Source: the human T2T-CHM13v2.0 reference genome, Homo sapiens. Taken from it: a DNA stretch of 64,000 bases. The position numbers and the translations under genes are program-made. The notes beneath the pieces were generated by a model. That model saw only the letters and a list, made by a program, of their open reading frames with translations. It ran no database searches and had not been told where the DNA came from. Of the stretch, positions 57,104-64,000 are shown piece by piece. Numbering within the stretch: position 1 is the stretch's first letter; the number at the start of each line of letters is the position of its first letter. The stretch is from NCBI RefSeq assembly GCF_009914755.1, contig NC_060932.1. One strand, given 5' to 3'.

Positions 57104-57600
57104 AGCGCTTACATCTGCTGCATCCACCAGTTTAATGTGTTCCTTCGAATTTTCTGGGTTAGCAAACCTCCATTCCTGACATAGTTTTGCTCCTGGATGG
57201 GTACGCGCGGGGGCTCTCAGGCGCTCTGGTGCAGCCGCGGCGCTTCTGGGAGTGGAGCGCCTCTGCAGGGGAAAGCTCGGCGCAGGGGGCAGGCGCCTGG
57301 CCGCTGCCGCAGGCTCGGGCTGCCGAGCGACTGAGCGAAAACGTGTTCCCCAGGAAGAAACCCGCCACAGTGGACGGCAACAGGAAGGCTTAAAGTCGGA
57401 AGTGGCACTGGAGAGTTTCTACCTCGCCCCAAACTCGGAGCCATCAGCTCCCACCGTTCTGTTTGGTAACAGCTTTGCGCCCAGCGCTCCTTCCCCACCA
57501 AACAGCAGCGGCAGATAGCATCTGAGAACCCTAGACAAAGAAACAGCAGAATCTCATCCCTCGATTTGTTTGCGCAGCCTTGTAGGTCTGCCCATGGAGC
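57104..57600 (-). other. EYA1: EYA1 exon 1 (5' leader); 5' end approximate
   Basis: CpG-rich segment ending in the donor GCT|GTAAGT (exon end 57104); a second donor GAT|GTAAGC lies 9 nt upstream (exon end 57113). Confidence 0.8.
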
Positions 57601-57790
57601 CTCGGGGCTTTCTTTTTTTTTTTTTTTTTTTTTTTTGGTTTTTGCAACGCAAACCACAGCTATTCTCTTGTCCTAACCTTATTGGTTTAAATGCAACAAT
57701 TGAAAGGAGCACTGCTCTGTCTGACTCAACCTTGCTGTTTAAAAAAAAAAAAATTATGTAAATGAACGCGCCCCACGCTATCTGAATAAA
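57203..57790 (-). promoter_or_regulatory. CpG island / proximal promoter of EYA1
   Basis: Only dense CpG/GC-rich block in the window (57203-57605); CCAAT on the minus strand at 57681-57685; T24 (57613-57636) and A13 (57741-57753) tracts. Confidence 0.8.
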
Positions 57791-60393
57791 CAGCTGTGTG
57801 AGAATAACTTCTCTGAGACGTGGTCAACACACACGCGTCCTCTTGCAACAGTAGTTACCAATTAAGATCTTTGGGGAGTAGTTACACGTTATCTTTTACA
57901 CTTTTCCTAAACTTTTTTCAGGCCCTGAAACTTAGGGAATCCACTACTTTTCATAATTTATTTCCTAACTAACGTACCTACTACTGAAACAGGTCTGGGG
58001 GAAATAAAAAACTAGAATGGCCATTTCCCTTTAAGTAGAAAATGAAAAAGCAAACGTGCAAGCTTTTATCAGTTTAATAATGAAAGCCTGAAGGATGAAT
58101 CCGAAATGATTTCTAGAATGGCAAATCTTCTGTGAACAATTCCTTGGCTATGAACCAGATAATGTTTCAGTGTTAATATTTTTAAATGGTTTTTGGAAAA
58201 GATTCATGTTATCTAGAACTCTTTCTTTACAGCTTATTCTTTTAAAAAAAAATTCTTACTGACCTCGGAATCTATGCATGACAGTCTATAACACTCACCT
58301 AAAGAGCTGAGCTTCAGTTAAGATATGTTTTATACAGATACATGACTTTGGTGATAAGACTTAACCATTATGTTGATTTCAAATATTCAAAGAAGGCATC
58401 GTTTATGTGACTAATGATTGTATCTCAATTTGCCAGACCTGTGCCAACATTCAAATACAAATGTTTATTTTGATACTAGTCACTCGTTGTAACCAATTTT
58501 GTGCTCTAAAATAAAATCTTTAAGCCCATCGGATTTTTCTTAAAACTGTTTTGTCATCACCCATAGAATACTATTCTGCTGATTAGGTCTTTTATTTAAG
58601 GAAAAAAAAAGCGTCCTCATTTTTTAGGCGCTTGATAGATGTGAAAAAAATTTTAAAAATCACAATAACTTTTTGCATGACTTTATAATACATTTCCAGA
58701 TCGTCAACTAATAAAACACATAGACACAATCATAACTTTATATTGCTAATATGTAAATGAAAGCACCATTCCGATGCAAACAAAAAATAAAAAGCTGCTA
58801 ATGACCAAAATTTATTACAGACTTCCCCCCAACCACCGAAAGTATGCCAATCTGAATTCCTCAGAAAAGAACACTTTGTCAAACATAAACGACAGTTTAA
58901 ACTGCAAACTCACCTAGGATTTCATTTTGTATAGTACCAGCAAGGAATCATGGGCTAGTCATCTACCATATTTGGGAAGCCAGGTCAAAACACAGTTGAT
59001 TGCTATTGGATCTGTTCATATATGCAGCAGAAATAGAATTATGTTACCACCTACTGCACTTTCTCAGACCAGAAGTATCAGTTATTCAATATACTAAAGT
59101 ATATATGCAGAAAATAAAATACAGCTTGTAATGGAGATTTCTAGCATTGTCAGATAAAATGTAATGTTGTGGTAATTCAATCTGATATCAAACAGTAAAT
59201 ACTTTTGCAACCACATTTATTTCTAAGCTCTATAAAATCTAAAATTTGAGATGTTGGAGAATTAAACAATGCTTGAAATTTTACATTTAGCTATTGTATT
59301 CATGCTTCCAATTGTTTAACAATTATTTTAGACATAAGAGAGTAAGAAATTATTTTTCTAATCCATGAAAGATTATATTGACAAATCCAGAATATATGAA
59401 CTATATAAAATCAAAACAGTGGGAATATTATGTAAAGTATGTCACATTTATATACAAGTTACTTGCCCACATTATAGTTAAATGTATCATATTACATATT
59501 TTATGTTGAAATTTAATTTTTATTTATATAACCAAATGAAATATTAAATAAATGATGCATATAATTATGAAGAAAATTAGTAAAATCATGATGAATGTAA
59601 TGTGACCACTAATTGATATGGTATAGCTCATGCTTCATAATTATGTAACAAAGAGCTTAGTCACTGACTAAAAGTAATATCCATGTGCATATTTACTACT
59701 TTTAAAGAGTTTCATTTTCCTGAAGCAAAATTAGATGGATTAAAAACAATCACGTTTACCCATAAATTGTGTATGGTTACTACTTTTGAATATCCAATAT
59801 GTAATAATTACTATTGCATACAATTTAAACCAAAAGTAAGTTACCCTATGATAAAGAGCCACATTTAAGCTATTAACAACACCTAGTTTATAGTGTATTT
59901 ATTGATAGCCTCTTATTTCTAAATCTTCACCAACTATAACTATAGTATGTAACGTAACCATATACTTTAAGGACTAAATTGTTCCCTAAATACAGTCATA
60001 CATATAACTACAAAATTTAGGGAAATTTGTTGAACATTGCTACTAGTAAAAGGTGATAGAAGAAATCATTGCTATTTCATATTTGCCATGTAAATCTCAA
60101 TACATAAATGTATGGAAAGGAATTTTAAAATTTTCCAATATGCTTTTTCCTCAATAAAAAATACATAATTTTATCTGGAAAGGGAAAATACTTGAAATAT
60201 TCAACTGATATGAAATGTTTGAAAACCCTCAAGGAGACAGTTGATCTTTCATATGCTGTATCACCAAACAGGTTTTATGTGACAGAGCCAGCTGTTGCCT
60301 AGATACCTGCCTGGTTATATGAAGGAAGTCTTCAATTTTGGTAGAAGAGTTTAGTGTTTTAGGTTAAGGGCATGATCAAAAAAAAAGCAAATG

Positions 60394-60395
<2 letters not shown>

Positions 60396-60440
<45 letters not shown>
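60396..60440. repeat. (AT)22 microsatellite followed by short (CA)n
   Basis: Read directly. Confidence 0.95.
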
Positions 60441-60446
<6 letters not shown>

Positions 60447-62101
60447 CACACACACACACGGTATTTACATTACATTTGTAATATTCAATACATATTACAA
60501 ATGTCATGTATATATATGTGAGAGAGAGAGACAAGGACAGATACAAGAAACTCATTACAACAATCTAAAAGGTAACTTGGGCTTTTCTAAAACTTCATGA
60601 GTTAACAGTTGATTAATCAAATTAAGTATAACAAATAAACACGAGAAAACAAAGGATAAAATACAGGTGTCCCTTTCCCTTTTAATTCCAATAATGAAAA
60701 TAAAATTATTTTACAGTTGTGAAGTTGTCAATAAATGATGCACTTTGAAGTTATTTTTCTTCTATTTGTGTTTACTTTGAAATAACGTTAGAAGCATGCA
60801 TGCTATTACCTGGTCCAAAAGTTTACTAATCTCTTTGTTTCTATGCTTCTTATGAGATGATTATTTTTCAAAAATAACAGTATAGTAAGTTGCAAAATAT
60901 AATCAGCACTTAAAGACTAATGCATTTTCTTAAAAAAGCGAAATCCCACTCATTATTTCTTCCACATGATTAAAATCAATATGTGGAAGTATTCAACATT
61001 TTGTAATTTAAACTGTTCAAAGTAGAATGGCAAATAGAGTATTCCAAAATACTATACTTCCAGTCTTCCTGGTTTCACATAAATTTATTTTTCTTATGGT
61101 CCATGCCATGGCACTACCTCCCTGGCTTCTTTATGGAGCCTTTGGAACCGTGTCTGGATGGCTGACACTATGATCCTTGTTGGCATTCTGAATGGTCACT
61201 TCCATGACCTGCTCTTTCCCCACCAGCATGAGACCTACAATGAGGGTCCTGCTCCCAGGAGCCTTCTGCTGAAATGCAACCAAGTAAAACATCCTCTATT
61301 TATTTTAAGAATGATATTATATCTGCCAAACTGAATGTCTACCAATATTTTGTGAAATGTTTTCCATTCAAACTCCAACATGATTAGCTTTTAACAGTAA
61401 AGCTAAGGAGGTAATTAACTATTAGCTGTACCATGGAAAATTATTTTAATACATATTACAGTCTTTATATCAACACAATATGAAAATAGAACCTATTTCC
61501 TGACTTCCTAAAGAGCACGTTGATTATTATATATTAATAATAACATTTATTTATGTAGGGTGTGAAACTTGTTATCCTATGTAGTAATGGCTGCCTATCA
61601 GATTTTTTTTTAAATTATTATTCTTAATAGAAACTTTAAGCAGCACTTCTTGAAACTAATAGTGATAGCAAGGGCAGTGGCAGATTTTTAAGAAAGGGGG
61701 ATGAGATAATGCAGGTGCTTAAAAAAATGATAAAACAGATTTCCTATTTTAAAATCAACTGATTTTCCAAAATGGCAAACCATTACTTTTTCTTCCTCCT
61801 GCCAAAAAGTATATAAATAATTGGTCCTGGAAGCATATGTTTAATCTCAGCGATAAGTTATTTTGCTTTCTCGCGCTGTGAAATGGGTTTCTGTTGACAT
61901 GAAGCAACCTAGAAAACCCAGGTTGTTTCTTCGCCAAGATTTTTCCCTCTAAGCCATGGGCAAAACCAATCTTGTCAGCACCTCCCAAAACATGTAAGAG
62001 GATCTGGAAATTTGCTTTGTGTTTTTCAGGTTTCATGACAGCTGAGTTCACAGTTTTTAAATTCTTCGGAAACAATGAATAGCTCATGGAGGAAAGAAGG
62101 G

Positions 62102-62170
62102 AATTAGCATTTATGAAGTGCTTACTACATGCCAGGCACTGTGCTAGGCATTTTATATTTTTATGAATCC
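62102..62170 (-). mobile_element. Short MIR fragment
   Basis: GTGCTTACTACATGCCAGGCACTGTGCTAGGCATTTTA. Confidence 0.65.
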
Positions 62171-64000
62171 TGATTTTTTTAAATATGAGTGATTTTTTCC
62201 CTCACTATTGGTTCTGGAACCTGCCTCATTTTTCTAGCACCATCAAAGTCACTTCTAAACAGTAGATGGAGCAATGGGACATTAATGTCTCCTCATTGTA
62301 TCATCATTTTGACGCAAGGTGATAGCCCATAAAGTTAATAAAAATCCAGAAAAGTGTGTGATATTTGAAATGATACATATTGATATATAGCAAAATAATA
62401 TATTCAATATGGAAGAGAAAAAATCACTATATAGTAGCTGATTATTTCTGAAAACATATTGCAAGTTACTTTAAGGATGCAAAAATAAAAGTACATTAAA
62501 TGGTCAATAGAGAAAAAATCCTTGAACTTGAAGTGGTCAAATCAGGAGATGTGGGTTTTTTCTCCTTACATATTCAAAAAGGTTAATTATTTTCCTAGAG
62601 ATTATAAATATTCCCAACTTATTATTTATATTAAAAAGGAAAAGCAAAGAGTCTGAGTTTACAATAAGCAATTATATGCATGTCTTGTTTCATAGTTATA
62701 TCAATTTCTTACATTTTACCTTTCTTAATTTCAGTTACCCAGTATGATATGCTTTAGTTTTAATAGTTATTATATCATAAACACTTGATTTATTCACTGA
62801 GGAAATAATTATATTAAAAGTGCACTTCACATTTCCTGATGCATTTGGATGTATGGTTTAAGTATTCAGAATCAAGAAGCTCTATTATTACTACAAAGGA
62901 ATTGCCAGAGACTGGGGAAAGGGAACCCCCAAACCTAATAACCTATAGAATTTTTTTCTTCCTTCAAGCAGTATTAATTTTTTCTTCCTCCAGTCTCCCA
63001 AATCGGAAAAAAAAAAAAAAAGAGTAACCTCTAAAGCTGTTTTAGACAGAAGGTCAGAATTCAAAGGATCAGTAACTTAATCCACAGTGCACTGCAATCG
63101 CATTGCTATTGGAAAAACAACCAGAAGCACCATTATTCTAGAAGTTTTTATTAAGCAATGTCAATAGGTATACAACCTGGAGGTTTCTCTCTACTGTAAG
63201 GTTTATCTAGATTCATGCTTGCAAGCGATCAAATTGCCTTGGGTCCTTGGATTTTACTTTAGTATACTATGGTGTGAGGGTTAAAAAGTAGACTTTATGT
63301 GACATACTAAGGAAAACAATAGCTTCAGTTTGTTCAAATACTTAAAACAGAATTCCTTTCTGCAACCCAAATGTAAGTACAATTAAACATTTTGTGGTCT
63401 TTAGATACTCCTAATTAAGAGGAATGCTTGTTTTAGATGGTTTAATATTTGGGGTATTATACTGAATGTTGAAATGTGTGATTCATGTTCTTTCAAAAGA
63501 TATAAACCTGAAAAGTATCCTCTGCCTCTTTCAGGGATTCTGTTTTAATAGTATCAATGATCTGGTTTACCTGAAATACAGAGTAAAGCAAAGCCAAAGA
63601 TCTGGGATTTTTGAGTTAGTATGTTTTAAATGTGGAAGATTCTTAAAAACAACACCCTGGTTGATAGAGAGTTACAGGCTGGTGGCTTGTTTTTTTTAAT
63701 CAATACAAGGAGAAACAAATAGTTTACCAAGAGGTCAGAGCGCCCGTAGAGGAGCCCTCTGCTGCACGATTATCATTGACAACCCCTGCTGAAAGATCCG
63801 CAAAGCCCCCATTAGCTTTGGCCTCTCGGGATTGCTGTTCACTTTCCTTCCTGTCTTTCCCTGAGAGGAGGATCTTCCCTGCTTGTAGAGAGTGGATGCA
63901 GGGGAGTGGGTAAGCAGAAGGTGAAGGAGGGACAGGACAAAAACAAAAGCAAAAAAAAAGAAAGAATTTGTTATTCAAAACAATGATCCAAAAACCTGCC

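Noticed and set aside
57187-57761. Overlapping ORFs of 63-146 aa on both strands at the CpG island
   Set aside because: Expected in stop-poor GC-rich DNA; several use non-ATG starts or run through the T24 tract; no protein-family resemblance
63738-63757. CTCF-like motif CCTCTACGGGCGC
   Set aside because: One base short of the core spacing

Overview
Primate (very probably human) genomic DNA holding the 5' part of EYA1 (EYA transcriptional coactivator/phosphatase 1) on the minus strand. A CpG-island first exon (~57.1-57.6 kb) is followed by a 50-nt exon 2 (51919-51968). Five coding exons (50239-50366, 29554-29631, 17656-17725, 17191-17336, 13011-13148) join in frame through GT-AG sites to give [10 protein letters not shown]...YSYQMQ, the P/S/T-rich N-terminal transactivation region. 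The gene continues past position 1. Introns carry 8 Alus, L1/L2/MIR remnants, DNA-transposon MITEs and nested LTRs, while ~45.4-62 kb is nearly free of recognisable repeats. I found no prokaryote-type system, and the remaining track ORFs look spurious. The most interesting signals concern initiation and splicing at the 5' end: a dual-frame exon 2, a stop-free 123-codon upstream frame with a strong-context CUG, tandem exon-1 donors that rewire a uORF, and several in-frame alternative acceptors. There is also a 60-bp templated duplication beside a palindrome and a candidate exon at 63.7-63.9 kb. Exon numbers count within this window. Repeat subfamily names and paralog sequences are from recall, not from a search.
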